Assembly (NCBI RefSeq): GCF_001194135.2
Contig: NC_068982.1
Span: 92,383,322-92,447,321, forward strand
DNA: 64,000 nucleotides
Direction: 5' to 3'
DNA from: Octopus bimaculoides
Lineage: Eukaryota
Below are positions 25,780-39,530 of the stretch, piece after piece; position 1 is the stretch's first letter; every line of letters starts with the position of its first letter. A model generated the notes under the pieces. That model had not been told where the DNA came from. It made no database searches and worked only from the letters and a program-made list of their open reading frames with translations. Made by a program: the position numbers and the translations under genes.

Positions 25780-25781
<2 letters not shown>
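24615..25781 (-). mobile_element. Tc1/mariner superfamily, maT (DD37D)-like element, decayed
   Basis: Minus-strand ALAREKGVGIATIKLILNE..HSYKMRKGQILT..KKLVNKL..EKNFCQDQLHNTQNN and WPP..CNP..YYMWG motifs. Imperfect ~24-bp TIRs (GTTCAGGATAAATTTGACAA / TTGTCCAATTAAACCAGAAC). Right end followed by TA. Confidence 0.75.
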
Positions 25782-25824
<43 letters not shown>

Positions 25825-28800
25825 ACTGACATGGTCCTCCAACTTAAGAATGGCAGTAACTCTGAATAAGAACTGACTTGGACTGTGGCAATGCATTCAA
25901 CCTATGTTAGCTTTGAAGGCAAATGAAAATTATGTTGATAGTGATGGTATACATATATTTTTTTACTCAAAGAGGCAGTACCTATTTACTTTAGACTGTC
26001 CCAGGCTGGTGAGGTTGATGTAGTGGAGTTTCAGCTTCATTTTCTGTAGGTTGACATCTTGTAGTAACAAGCCACAAAAGGAGTCCTCAGGTGGTTGCTT
26101 AACCTACAAGAAATAATCAAATTTCCACAAATAATAGTACAATAATGTTCAAAAATAGTACATTAAATAATGTAATCTTAGACATACAATATCTGAAAAA
26201 GAAAAGCTGGAATAGTCATAGCTAGAATTTAACCTGGGATTAAACAAGTCTTTCTATGGAAGAAATTCCATTAGCTCTGGTATAAACACTATGAAGGAAG
26301 TAGGCAAAATATATAAGTGAAAGGCTTGGGTAGGATTATGACAACAAGGAGAGGGGAATGCAAGTTCAGAGAAGCATACATCATAGTAGTAGTTATTAAA
26401 AGATAGAGAAAAAAAATATGTCAATGAGCTAGTGGTTATGTGTACAAGTCTGTCAATCTGCAGGAACATCTTTTTTTTAGACGCAGATGTTTGTTTGTCC
26501 TGGTAGGTAGATTGCACTTTAGTTTTGTAGTGGGTCAGCAGCTTATCAGCTCTGAGGAATGTTTTGGCTTTAAGAGATAGGAGGGTATTGATAGATTAGA
26601 AATTGCAGATAGTTAGGTTGAAGTATTTGTAATGTTTTTGAAAAGTGGAGTGTTGCTCACATTTAGGGAGAATACAGAGGAAGACTTAATTGAAATGTAT
26701 AGGGATTATACTTTTGTTTCATTGGAGACTAGATTATCATGACTATTAGATGGCATTTTGAGGTTTTTGACATATAAGAACATTTAGTTGTTCAGTTAGT
26801 TTAATGACATACTGAGTGAATTAACATGCAAAGTGGTTGAGGATTACACAGATCTATGAATTTCTTTAATTCATGTAGAATCAGCATGATGCAATGTTGC
26901 AAAGCCAAACCTTTGAATTACCGATAGAGTCCACTTTGCCAGTTTCTACTCAGTTTCTGTTTACTTAATTTCACTTGCCAGGCTTGGTTTGACAGACTGT
27001 GGTAAAGAAATTTTTTCGATGTCTTACTGTGAGATAGGATGACTGCAAAGTGAACTTCTTAGATAGACAGACAGATGTGTGTGTGTTCTTGTAGGTGTAC
27101 ACACACACATTTTAGGACATTAAATAATGTAATCCTACATACCCATAAACAGATTGGATGGTCATGGTTGGAATGCTTTTGATCAAAAGTCTCTTCACCC
27201 AGGATTGAGCTGGGGCTAAACCTGTAAACGAGGACTGTCTTAATTACTTCTATGAAGATTCTCTTGTTGAGTTGTTTGAAGAGATTAGTGGTATAGATTT
27301 TCTTCATATTGAGAATCTTCTAGGCAAGGCTCCTATGCATCTTTCTTTACTATGCTTTATTGAAAAAAGGAATGCATTTGAAACCAAATTAACAGTTTAA
27401 GCATAGCTGGCAGAGTGAACAAGATTTTTTTTTTTTTTAAAGTTGACTAGCTACTTTCATGTAAAAAGGTTTGCTTAAACCATACTGACTCGTACCAAAC
27501 AACAGTTTCAGGACAACCATGAAGTAGCTGTAAATAAAGCAATTTTTTTTATTACCAGTTCTTTTTCAATAAAAAGAATTTTGACTGCTAAAACGTGCCA
27601 TTTAAAATGTATTACAATCAAAAATTATTGTATTGTTTATTGCTACTTTTTATATTTTTATGTTTATTGAAAATTCTTTTTTTTAAATTTTTAATATTGC
27701 TTGTTTTCTATGTATTTATATTATTGAAGGTAGTTTGAACACCATTTGTAAAATAAAGCAATGTATTTGGTTATTTTCTTTGAAATAATTAGCTGTTGGG
27801 TTTAGGTTTGAGTTCTTACAGGGATGTCATTCCTTTCAGCAGTCATAATAGTTAATTGAAACCAGCCCATGAGACTGGTTTTTGAAATGTTATATTGATG
27901 TAACAAATCTTCTCTTCCAATCTTGGTGGTATACCTTTCCAGGAAAAGTTATTTGTGATAGAATAAATGAAGTAAGTAGTTGATTTTCCTCAGAGAAACT
28001 ACACCTGTTTTGAAATACAAGCTTGTAATACAGGAGCTAGTAATACCACATTTTATTGTTCACCTTGACTCCATATCATTTAGGTTAGGTCTGCCTATAT
28101 GTGACTGAGATTACAACACTTCCCTCCCTCCTCACTGAATGTGACACTGGTCTGTCACAAGGTTAACTTCCCAACTATTGCTGGAACTCATTATACAGCT
28201 GAGTGGATGGGAGTATTGTGAAATGAAGTGTTTTACTCTAGAACACAATGTAATACTGCCTGGTCCAGGAATCAAAATTATGATCATGAGTGCAACCTCC
28301 TAGCCACTAAGGTCATGTATATTCACTTCTGGTAATTACTTTCCTATAAAACCACATATTAGTAACAAAGCAAAACTAAATTTTAGGAATAATGTCATTA
28401 ACCATTGTTTCCATACAAGAAAATTGTGTTGTGTTATCAGTTTCATTTATGAAACAATTTTTACATGGTATCCAGTGGTGCATAGCAGTAAGTATAATAA
28501 TTCTGTGTAGAAAAAAAATTGTGTGTGATGAGAAAAAATATATTGATATCAGACACCTTGAGTTAAAAAGATGTGTGAGAAAACACCATAAAACTTTGAT
28601 GTTAATGAAAAAAATTGAGGAAGGAAAAAGGTATAAAGAAGCAAGTTGAAATTTTGATCCTGTTAGAATTTTTCCACTGACAAAATAGAGTAGTAATATG
28701 AAAACAGGCATCTAATATTTTGTTGAACTATCAGGAATTACATTTTTCAATAAGGTTTTTCAAAAACATCTGGATATTTGAGGAGTGTGGGCTGTTACTA

Positions 28801-29299
28801 CAGTAAGTTCTGACAGACAATCCCCATTACTTGTTCAAGCATCCAGACACTACTACAGCTCCTGCTTAGTCTATACAAATATAAATCACATTCACTCGTG
28901 AATGGTAGCAGCATCTATAACCTCATCAACTCCGGACATAGTGCTGAAGTGTGTTAAGTTTAAAGAAACAGAAACTATCATGCGCCTACCAAATCCACTT
29001 TGCTCTGGCCAACACCAGAATCTAAAGGCATACATGAACAGACTGGGCAGTGAAAAAAATACTACAGATTTAGATTATCATATTGCATTCTTTGTATCAT
29101 TCGCCCATGGCAGTGGGTGAATATATTGTCAACTTTTAGTTACTTGTGAGCACTTCTAGGCTTCATCACTAATTCAGTCCTCAACCAAATTGGATGTGTT
29201 TTTTTGTAGCATTGATGGTCCAAGATACATTTTGAGATAAAATTGTTGAAATTTAGTTCATTAAAAAAAAAAGTTAGATCAAAATATGTGAGGTCAAAA

Positions 29300-30390
29300 A
29301 TAGGAGAGTAAGGCAAAAAATTAACTTTGAATCAAATATCTGTTATTTTAGAAGAAAAGTATAGATTAATTAGGTTTAAAAGAATGTGCTCAATGAGAAG
29401 AATCTTTTGGTGACACTCTTGTTAAAAAAGTATTAGTAACGAAAAATGTAGTGTGGCTTTAAGTAATGATCAAAAATGGTAAGTAACCCCCAAAATTTAT
29501 TTTGAATCAAAATATCTGTTATTCTAAAAGAAAACTACATAATAGTTGTATTGAAATGAAAGAGCGCTACAGGATGAATCTTATTGTGAAAACTTCGTCA
29601 AAAAATATTTGCTACAAAGAGAGGTGTGGCTTTAAGTGACGAAAAAAATGATCATTTTAAATTAAAATATTTTTTGTCATTTTAAGATATTTAGTGCTAT
29701 AAAAGGTAGTATCTGATGTTATGGGTCTCTTAGCTTAATGGTACAGAATACTTAACCAGAGTTTGAGAGGTACAAAAAAAAAAAAAAAGAGGCGGCGAGC
29801 TGGCAGAAACGTTAGCACGCCGGGAGAAATGCTTAGTGGTATTTCGTCTGCCGCTACGTTCTGAGTTTAAATTCCGCCGAGGTCGACTTCGCCTTTCATN
29901 NNNNNNNNNCTGAGTTTAAATTCCGCCGAGGTCGACTTCGCCTTTCATCCTTTCAGGGTCAATAAAATAAGTACCAGTTATGCACTGGCATCGATATATT
30001 CGACTTAATCCGTTTGTCTGTCCTTGTTTGTCCCCTCTGTGTGTAGCCCCTTGTGGGTAGTAAAGAAATGACTCTGTAGCGGCTTGCTAGCTATTTTTTT
30101 CTGTTTTTAAGTGTATTTAACCAGTCTTCTAAGCTGTTTTGGCAGCTATTCTGCATTTTGATAGAAAGAGCTTTATGAGAAGAATCTTGTGGTGAAAACC
30201 TTATCAAAAAATATTAGCTGCAAAAAGGGTTGTGTGGCTTTAAATGATGAAAAAAGGTGATAATTTTAAGAAATCAAAATATTTTTGTCTTTTTAAGAGA
30301 AAAATGATATTTGAACTCAAATGAAAGAGTTCAAGACAAATATTTTGGAGAAAACTTCATCTAAAAATATGAAGCATAAAAGAAGCTACA
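29300..30390. repeat. Degenerate ~170-bp tandem repeat (about 4 units) interrupted by a SINE
   Basis: Recurrent AATCTT..GTGAAAAC..TCAAAAAATATT...GTGTGGCTTTAA..GA.AAAAA units at about 29400, 29575, 30185 and partially 30340. Confidence 0.6.
29790..30068 (+). mobile_element. SINE family C (Meta-domain-like), young copy
   Basis: GGCGAGCTGGCAGAAACGTTAGCAC head, GTTCTGAGTTTAAATTCC B box, GCCTTTCATCCTTTC.GGGTC.ATAAAATAAGTACCAG centre resembling the MetaSINE domain (from memory). Older copies at about 3510-3625, 33440-33545, 41270-41380. Confidence 0.75.
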
Positions 30391-31482
30391 ATTTTTTTGC
30401 AGTTTCATATTTTTATGATTCTGCTTATGTATTAAAATATGTACATTTTAAAAACATATTTTAAAAAAATGCTCATTACAAAAACTAATTATTATTTAAT
30501 TAGAATATAACATTATTTTATAATAAAAATTGTTTAAAAATATATTCATTTGTAGCAGATATGCTGCTATTAATCCTTTGTTATTTGTAGGTGCAAGCAA
30601 AATTTCTAAGTTGAACAAAATCTGTATTTAAAAAATATTTACAATATTTTCAATTCTAAAGGTAACTATAATTAATTATAATAAAAGATGTGTTGCCTGG
30701 TAAAAAATGTAGAACCAGAATCCTAGAATATTCTTAAGTATTGAACCTGGAAAAGTACAGAACAAGAAGGCAAAAAAAACAAACTTAAAATATTGCTGCT
30801 TAAGTTAGAATTTGTTAAGTAAATTTCTGAAATTGTTCATCAAATAGTGTGTGCACTGGGTTTTTTTTATAGTTTTTACTTTTTATTGCAATTTTTAAAA
30901 CATTCAGGTTATCAATTTTGATTTTAAAATTTCTTTGTATTAAGCTAAAACATTTGTCTTATTTTTAGTATTATATATTTTGATTTTCTTGAAACTCATT
31001 ATCCAAAAATTTATAGAATATATGTAGAATACATATAAATTTGTAGAATATATGTAATTCAAAGGAGTAAAAAATAGTAAATAAATAAGAAACAAAAGAA
31101 TTAATTTGCATTTTCTATCAGTTTATAAATTTACATTATCAGATAACAAAGTATTTTCTATTCACAATTAGAAAAATGTTTGAAATAAATGAAAGCTAAT
31201 GAACAAATTGAGTGCAAAATGTAGAAATGACTAGTTTATTTTTTAAAAATATAGGAGTTATAATTGTCAATTTTGCTTAAATTGCTATTATGTGAATTTT
31301 TAAATATATCAATTTGTAATATCAGATTTTTAATGTGTAAACTTGCAGGCAATTGGTCTTTTCAATAAATTTGAAATTAAATAGCTTCTTGAATATTTTA
31401 ATTTAAACTTTTAAGTAAAAATAAAAGAATATTAAAGGGCATTTATTACTATTTTAGTTTTTTAAAATTCTAACTTCAGCAA

Positions 31483-31630
31483 TATTTACCCTGTGAGTGT
31501 AAGCAAAAGCAGGGTATTGTAATCATTCATCTTTGTCTGTTTGTCTGCAAAGTTATTGGAAAACGGCTGAATGGATTTTCACCAAATTTGGCAGTAATAT
31601 TCATTGGCTTCAAATGATGAAAATTTGGTT
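31483..31630 (+). mobile_element. DINE-1/HINE-like (Helentron-associated) fragment
   Basis: TTTACCC...AAAAGCAGGGTAT subterminal inverted repeat, TCTG microsatellite, then GAATGGATTTTCACCAAATTTGGC. Confidence 0.45.
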
Positions 31631-32058
31631 TATCTTCAAACATACATAAATACACACATAGATATGCAACTGTGTGTGTGCATGCATGTGTGTATATACA
31701 GTGATGGATTTGAGGGGTTCATTTATTTATGAATTAATTTCTTAATTCCACTGGAGTATAAATACCTATAATGGTGATAGTTAAAAAAAAATTTTTTTTT
31801 TTAAAATCGAACTTACAAATTTCCCGATAAGCAAGTGGTCATATTATTTATATCCTACAATGAACTACAGTACATTTGATTCACCTGCCATCATTGAAAG
31901 ACATTGCTATGCAACATTTTCTAGAAGTATTTCATTATGTTCACTTTCTTTTTCATATGAATTGAACCTCGTCTGTGTGTGTATAGATATGGTGTACCTA
32001 TGCACGTAGACACGTGTGGGTACATGCATACATGCATAAATACATACATAGATATGCG

Positions 32059-32095
<37 letters not shown>

Positions 32096-35000
32096 AGTGA
32101 TGGTTTTGAGGGTTTCCTTTATTTATGAGTTGATTTCTTAATCTCACTGTTTTTAGGCTTCTAATCCTCTGTTAATCAAACACTTATAAAGCTTAATTTA
32201 GTTCAATCAAAAAGCATGGGTAAGCAACGTATTGTAAGCTATACTATGATTTGCGAAAAAATTTCTCTGCACACAGGGTATGCATTGCCCCTCCAATGCC
32301 TTTTTTTCATTTAAGTTTTCTTTTCTTCTTCTTCTGTACATTCCCAGGCTTAATTACTGCTTGTTCTGTACTTTTCCAGGTTCAATACTTAGGAATATTC
32401 TAGGATTCTGCACCACATTTTTCATTCTAGTATTGTATGGTTCTTGACTAGGCTGAGACATGTATATTTGCTCTACTAGATCTGTGGAATGCCTACATGT
32501 CATAGCTTTGCTCATAAGGACTTTTTCCTTTATTTAAAATGATCAATTTAATGGTCTCATTTGATATTTTGCATTTGAAATTTCTGAAGTAAAATTTTAA
32601 AACACCTTCAGAGAAAGAATGGTGCAGTACAACTGGAAATTGTTTGGGTAGTTTGATTTGCAATCATGGTTTTGGGTTCACTCTTATTGTGCAGCACCTT
32701 GGGCAGGTGTCTTCTATTGCAATCTTGAGTTGATGAATTTTTTTGGGTGGGGTAAAATTTAGGAATCAGAAACTGTGCAGAAGATTGTCATGTGCGTGTT
32801 CGTGTGTGTATCAAAAAGAAATTATCAGTAATTAGGTGCATTGGTAAGAAAAAAAACAAACAAATATAGCCTTTTCAGCATTTTATCCTGCACTGACATT
32901 AAAAGTTGTTGGCCAGGTCTAAAAATTTTTCTCTATCTTATATCAATTTATACTTGGTGTTGTTACTACTCTGGATGGTTTACCTTCACTGTGGCTTGCA
33001 GGAACTTATAATAAGCATGTAGATGAAATACAGATGCAAACTTAAATTAAATGTGAGGGCATGTAGTTACACTATCTTATCTAAAACCTATCTAAACATT
33101 GGCAAAATGGGCCGTCTTATTTTTGGCAAACATTTCTTGTTTTTAATTATAATTGATAAAATCTTTTGCTTTCATTATAAATTTGGATTTGGCAGAATGA
33201 GCCTGATTAACAAATCATTGCTATTTGTGTCACACACACTCACTCTCTCTCACTCTCTCTATCTCTCTCTCTCTCTCTCAATCTCTCTCTCTCTCTCAAT
33301 GCACATGACCCTAGATAGTATACTTTTAGTTTATCTAAACAATATATTTAATCACTGAGAATGTACAGTGATTCAACAGGTAGTCAAATGGGAAGAAGGG
33401 TCCTCAATTTGGCAGATAATTTTAGAGTCTTGGATAAAATACTTTGTGATATTGTTTTCAGCTATCTCTGCTCTAAGTTCAAATCCCATGGAGGTCAGCA
33501 TTGCTGTTCACTCTCTTGGGGGTCAATAAATAAACTACTCATCCAGATTGGTGGAATTATAAGTGCATTGGATGAGGTGCTTTATGGTATGCGTTTCAGC
33601 TCTTTACATTCTGATAGCAACATTAGTGGGATGGAGAAGGAAAACTTTCTGCATGGGCAGTTGCTAGTCTTACATAAATCTTGTCCAGGCATTCACCTTG
33701 AAGACCTTTCCAGGTACATATTGCATGAAGCTTGACTTACCGAAGACTTCATACATGTATATCTGTCCTTGAGCCCACAATTTCTGATGGAATTGTTAGA
33801 GGCAGCATTGCTACATATAGAGAAGACCATTTTCCTGATCTCAACAGAACTGATGTTTTCATGAGAGAGGAAGACAAAGAATTGACTCCAGTACCAAGAC
33901 TGATATTTTATTAACATAGAAAGGTTGAAAGGCAAAGCTTATATTGGTAGTATTTGAAATTAGAGTGCAGAATGTATACTGCAAGCTATTTTATCTGACA
34001 CTTTAAAGACTATGCCAATTCAGTGCCTTATATGGTAGTGAATATGGATATATATTAGAGAATGTACTTCCTTTTACACAAAAATGACAGACAGTTATGG
34101 TTAGAAAGCTTTCATCATTGGGCTGCACAATCATGGCTGATCTGGGGCTGAATAACAACTGTAAATGCTTCCAGCTGAAGGTTGTCATGGTTTGAGTCCT
34201 TATTTGGAATTATTCCCTTTTAAGAATAGTCAGGAGACTTTGTCCTGCTCTTCCTAGTGCCAGTCACTTCGCAGAGTGTAATGGGTATACCAACATTAAT
34301 GATGTTACCTTGTACCTTGAAAGACAGAAGGGGTCTTCACTACTCTGCACCATCTCCATCTATTCAGGACTCAAGTGACTAACAGATTAGGTAAGAGAGA
34401 GTGATTGGTGAAGATGAACTAGATAGAGGCGGGGGATAGAGTAATTAGGTGTTAGTGTGGAAGAAGAGTGAGAAATGAGAGAGACAGTGGCGGAGGAATA
34501 ATGAGGTAGTAAAGGCTCTGTAATAAAAAAATTTTTTTAAATGCAATAATGGTATAGGGGAATGAGGAGGAGGAGAGAGAGAGAGATTGACAGACAGCAA
34601 GAACAAAATGGCATTACAACTCTCTCTCTCTCTCTAATAAGCATATGTATATACACATGAGTTTGTTTATATAATTAGTTTTATGATTTAATCACATTTG
34701 CAAATGTTCTGGTTTTGTTAGACATCCTCAAGATCAGTTTCATAATATTAATATTCCTGGAAATTATATGATGATGATGATAAAAAATATCTATTACATA
34801 AGCTTGAAGATAAATAGATGTCTTGAGAGTAATATGGAAACCTGCTTTAAAGGAAATAATACTTGCAAGCTAAATATTAGATATACTTAACTGAAAAGGA
34901 ATAGTCAGCTATTGGCCAAAGTTTAAGCTCAGTTGCATGAAGTATTCAGTGCATACATATGAAAGGTTATTTCTTCAGTAAGAAATATATTATTTTAAAT

Positions 35001-36613
35001 ACTGAGTTCACCTGTACTCAAATGACATTGGAAACAAAGAATCTTGACACTCTCTCTATTAGGATCTGTTAAAACTTATGAGTGGAAGAAGGAGCATCCA
35101 CTGTATGGGTTCAATAGGAGAGTAATGGTAGAGTATAGAGTTAGTGATTCAGGACAAGAAGTCTGCTAGTCCTTTACAGATAGATGAAATGCTGAAAGCA
35201 TTGGTCTTAGTTTAATCAGTTTATGCAGAAAGATGTTAACTCTAGTGAATGATATAATAGAATCTTCTGTAGTCAGCTCCTTCAAAGTTAAGCTGAAGTG
35301 CTTTAAAGAACTAAAATTATAAGGGCTTCGAGTTAATAGATTTGATAGCTATAATGTTAGTGTAGGTATGAGTTTGTTGTATTGAGACACAACCATATTT
35401 GTTAGAATTCAAATTGTAGCAGGACATGATAAATATTCTAGTTTGCATTTGTTGGTCAAGAGAACTTATTTCAGGTTTCATGCATTTTGGTTCAGAGAAC
35501 AGTGAGTAGGCTTGGTGTAGAGAAATGACTTTAGAAAGGAAAGTGCTATAAAAGCCAAGTTCAGCAACGAACTTGGTGAGAAATTTAGCCACAAGAACTT
35601 TGTCAGTTCTCTCTAGAAACTTTAAAGCAATCTAACTAGAAATAAACCTTTGAGTATGGTTTTATTCTAATGACCTAGTTCTCATTATTAAATATTTTGA
35701 AGGTATGTAGCAACAGGTTGAAAATAAATGTAATAGAAACAAATTTGCTAATTTGGACATGTAATACAAATTATGTGAAAAGTTACCCTAACTTTAAAAT
35801 TTAAATTGTTCTGCTTGTTCCTTTGAATGTCAGTGATGTAAGTAAAATGGTTTCAGGTGGAAACCAAAGATTAGTTTGTCAAGAATTTATGGCAACATCT
35901 TGCCACATACAGTAGCAAAAATAATAATAATTTCAAATTTTGACTCAAGTCGGGCAATTTCAGAGAGGTGGGTTAGTTGATTACATTAACCTCAGTGTTC
36001 AACTGGTACTTCCTAGCATATGCACAAACCTCAAGTTTTATGAAAAGGAATAGTTGATTATATTAATTTCTGTGCATGCTTAGTATTTGTCATCTTTGAC
36101 AAGATTTGAACCTAGAACATAAAGGGGTGTAGCCAAATACTGTAAGGCATTTTGTTGCTCTGATTCTGTCAATCCAATACCTTAATACTTTCTAATTTAG
36201 GCATCAGGAGTGGACTGAAATCTATTAAATCTAGTATTTATTTGACTTGTACTGTTATCAAATTCTAGAAAGGCAAAACAAGCACAAGACCACTTTTGTA
36301 GGGAATTGAATAAATTTTTATATTCTACAAGTAACTGGGACTTATTTTACCAAATCATGTTAGTTAAAAACTTTTGGCTCTGAAAAGATTTGATTTTAGA
36401 ACTATGTAAACCAGAGACAGTGTAGCATCTGGGAAGTCTACTGAATGGGTAAACTGCATTGCTCATATGGTAATAAGGAATATTAATTTTGTTTTAGAGA
36501 TTAGATGAAATTTGATAAAATGAAAATATTTCATTCAAAATGTTTTGAATATCTAAACATATGCAAACATTGTTTTATGTTTTGATGTTCCTTTTTTAAT
36601 GCAGCTACTTTAA

Positions 36614-36750
36614 CCCTTTAGCATTCAGATTACTCTGTCAAATGTAATGCTTTATTATTCACATTGTCTTTGATGTTTATTAAATATGACTTAACTGCTG
36701 TTAAATAAGAATAAAAAACTAATCAAAACCTATGATATAATGAAATGATA
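36614..36750. mobile_element. piggyBac-type MITE end
   Basis: TTAA|CCCTTTAGCATTCAGATTA, the reverse complement of the right end of 55998-56218. Confidence 0.55.
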
Positions 36751-39079
36751 TGGAAAGATTTGAGTGTATGACAAACATTAACTATATTCTACACAATTTT
36801 CTTGAGCAGTACTTTTTCTCCTCAGTAACGTTTATTGCTCTTGTGATACTTGTCCTGTTTTGCTTAAGCTTTAACCCTCAGAGGCTCAATAATGCATGCC
36901 AAAAGAAGAAGAAAAAGAAAAACTTTTTGATTATACTCACTTATATCTTTCTCTCCTTGCCATGTATTTCAACTTGGAGGAGAAAGGGAGGGTATTGCTA
37001 AAATTTGGGACCTCTATGATGATGAAAATGTAGGTTCATGTACTTGGGTAGTAGCTGTTATCAGTAATATTCAGACCACTCTCAGATTTTTAGTTATGTT
37101 CATTATCTTTGTGTTGATTCTGCAGCTGATTTATTTTGATTTTCTTGAAGTTTTCTGTTTTTTTCTTTTGTTTTGCACTTTGAGGAAAAAAAAATTTGAA
37201 ACCAATCATAATTTCTCCATACATTTTACTTCATTTTCATTTGTAGATCAAAATAAGAGTTCTTGAAGTCTCTGGTACCTAAAGAAGACATAAATACTCT
37301 TAATTGTTGTATTGCATTTTACTTTGCAAGTGAAACCACTCCACAAAAATATTCTTAGTTTACCAAGCATTATGTTTAATTTTTATCTTCTACTTCTTTG
37401 TTAATAAGAGTGGAATAGATTTTCAATATTCAATATTTCTGTATGATTTATAGAAGAATGCCTTGTAGCAGGACATTCTTTTCTACAACTAATCACTTGA
37501 AATGCACCTTACATAGAGACCTAATACGTTAACTATAAACAAGATTTTAACTGATTATTTCACAAATGTAGTGCAATACCTTAATTCTCATCTACTGCAT
37601 CTTGATCATTTATAATGAGAAATTTGCTGTATATGTTTAATATGTACAGGAGCTGAATGTAGAAGTGATACAACCATTTAGATATGGTATTGGGCTATCA
37701 GTCTATTGATCATATAGTTCTTATCAACTGATGAATCTTCTTGTGACCCTAGGCAAGATACTTAAACTTTCATGCTTCAAGAGAATGCTACCCATGATAG
37801 ATTGGTGGCCTATCCATAAACAAAATGTATTTCTTATTTGCTTAATGCTATTAAAATCAGAGCTGCGTATGAGTTTTATGAGATCATGCAACTCATTGAA
37901 ACACTTTTTCTTTTCCAATGATTAACAATTTGAATATTTGTCATTCAACTAATATAATGGTATAATAAGTGTTTTGAATTGATATTATATTTTGGATATT
38001 TAGATTATAAAATTTTGTATTTTTTTTTTATATCAAGGTTTGTTGTGTCATCTCTGCATTAAATTGAATATACTGACTAATAATCATATAGACACAAAAT
38101 AGCTCTGATAAATAAAAATAGATTGAGGTGACAAATTAATGTATGGAGCCTAGTAGGCAGTAACCTCACTCAACCAAGACCACTCAACCATACATGAGAC
38201 AGTATCTCTGAATGGCTTCAGTATATTATTTACTAGCTGAATAGCCCTTTGTTGCCAGGCAATTTTTACAATAGAATGTCATATATAAATTTTTGTTTAC
38301 TCCATGTCAGACCATGCCTTCCCTGACAGATAGGCCTCTTGATCAGAACAGATTTGTACAATTTTTCACAAAAAAACTTTGTTGAGGATTTTTTCCTTTT
38401 TAAATTATTTATATGTCTGTTCGACCATTTCACATGGCTTTATTCATTAAAACTTATTAAAACTTCAGAAGTTCTTACAATTTTGGTCGTTTGTTTAATA
38501 AAAATTCCTCCTTATAATGATTTTTCTGCAATAAATAAATAACAAAATCAGATTTAATGTGGAAAATTATTTCCACATACAAAATTTGAAAATTTTGACG
38601 TAATATTAAAATTTCAGTTTGACAGCAACAGGGAAGACCCTACAAAAGTAGAGAGATACAGTTATAGGACATCATACACGCACTTACACTTACAAATGTA
38701 CACACAAGTAATCACAAGTTTAAAATGGTGTATAGTAGACATGTATGTATGTATGTACATAGTATGTATATATGTGTGTCTGTGTGTGTGTTTCTTTGTG
38801 ATGGACATCAGAAAATCCACCTACCCCATCTCTCCTTAAAGCTACATATTCCTCACACCCACCTTTCTTTCCATTCCTCAGCATTTTAAAAGTTATTTAT
38901 GACAGCTGTATTAACATTACCATCCACTGCAACTCTGCTTACATAACACTGTTCTCCCCTTCCCTGATATCAGCTACACTCACTATGCTACCATATTTCC
39001 CTCACACTAACACTCTTTGCACCCTTATTTTATCAAATAATAGCCCAACCCCCTAGGTGGGGGGCATTATAGATTTTTA

Positions 39080-39220
39080 TTGAAATCCAATTAGCCTATA
39101 ATTGAATTGGATGTTAGTTTAACATGTATGCAAAGTTTCATCAAGATTAGTTCACTGGTGTAGGCAGCAAGATGGTAACAGACAGATTGACAGACAGAAA
39201 TTGCCATTTATGTATATGAT
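39080..39220 (+). mobile_element. Helitron-like 3' end
   Basis: GCAAAGTTTCATCAAGAT...ACAGACAGA..GACAGACAGAAATTGCCATTTTATGTATATGAT, the ACAG-repeat terminus seen in invertebrate non-autonomous Helitron-like elements. Confidence 0.45.
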
Positions 39221-39488
39221 TGTAGCTTAACCTTAGAAGACCAGTATATTTTGAATAAAATGATTAGAGAGAATGTCTCATGCACTTTTTATTTAAAAAA
39301 TGTTTTGTTGCTGGTTTTGGTAATTGAACTGACATTGACCATGTTTGAATAGTGTTTCTAAGGGTTTTTTGTCAACCCTATTAATCCCTTAAGTTATACC
39401 AAAATAAGTGAAGTAAACTTTTGACATAAAGGGATGCAACTTGATACAGCATTTTGCATCATTTATGCTCACTCTCGTTCTCTCTCTT

Positions 39489-39530
<42 letters not shown>

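Noticed and set aside
28330-29260. Possible second mariner relic (TDL-DYH near 29060)
   Set aside because: Too degenerate, and no TIRs were found.
29861-29948. Apparent 39-bp tandem duplication inside the SINE
   Set aside because: Identical sequence on both sides of a 10-N gap; typical unmerged contig overlap.
30591-30661. Exon-like 71-nt segment with good splice sites
   Set aside because: Stops in all frames, extremely AT-rich; likely a pseudo-exon.
33361-33935. 124-aa and 60-80-aa ORFs
   Set aside because: The first half is an old SINE-C copy; the remainder has frameshifts and no recognisable family, probably LINE debris.
36976-37030. GIAKIWDLYDDEN, WD40-like peptide before GTAGGT
   Set aside because: Poor acceptor (GAG), phase incompatible with CLEC16A, no neighbouring WD exons.
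38250-38265. RFX X-box-like motifs (GTTGCCAGGCAAT; also about 30692, 43445, 59338)
   Set aside because: Imperfect, far from the promoter, one lies inside a repeat; expected by chance.
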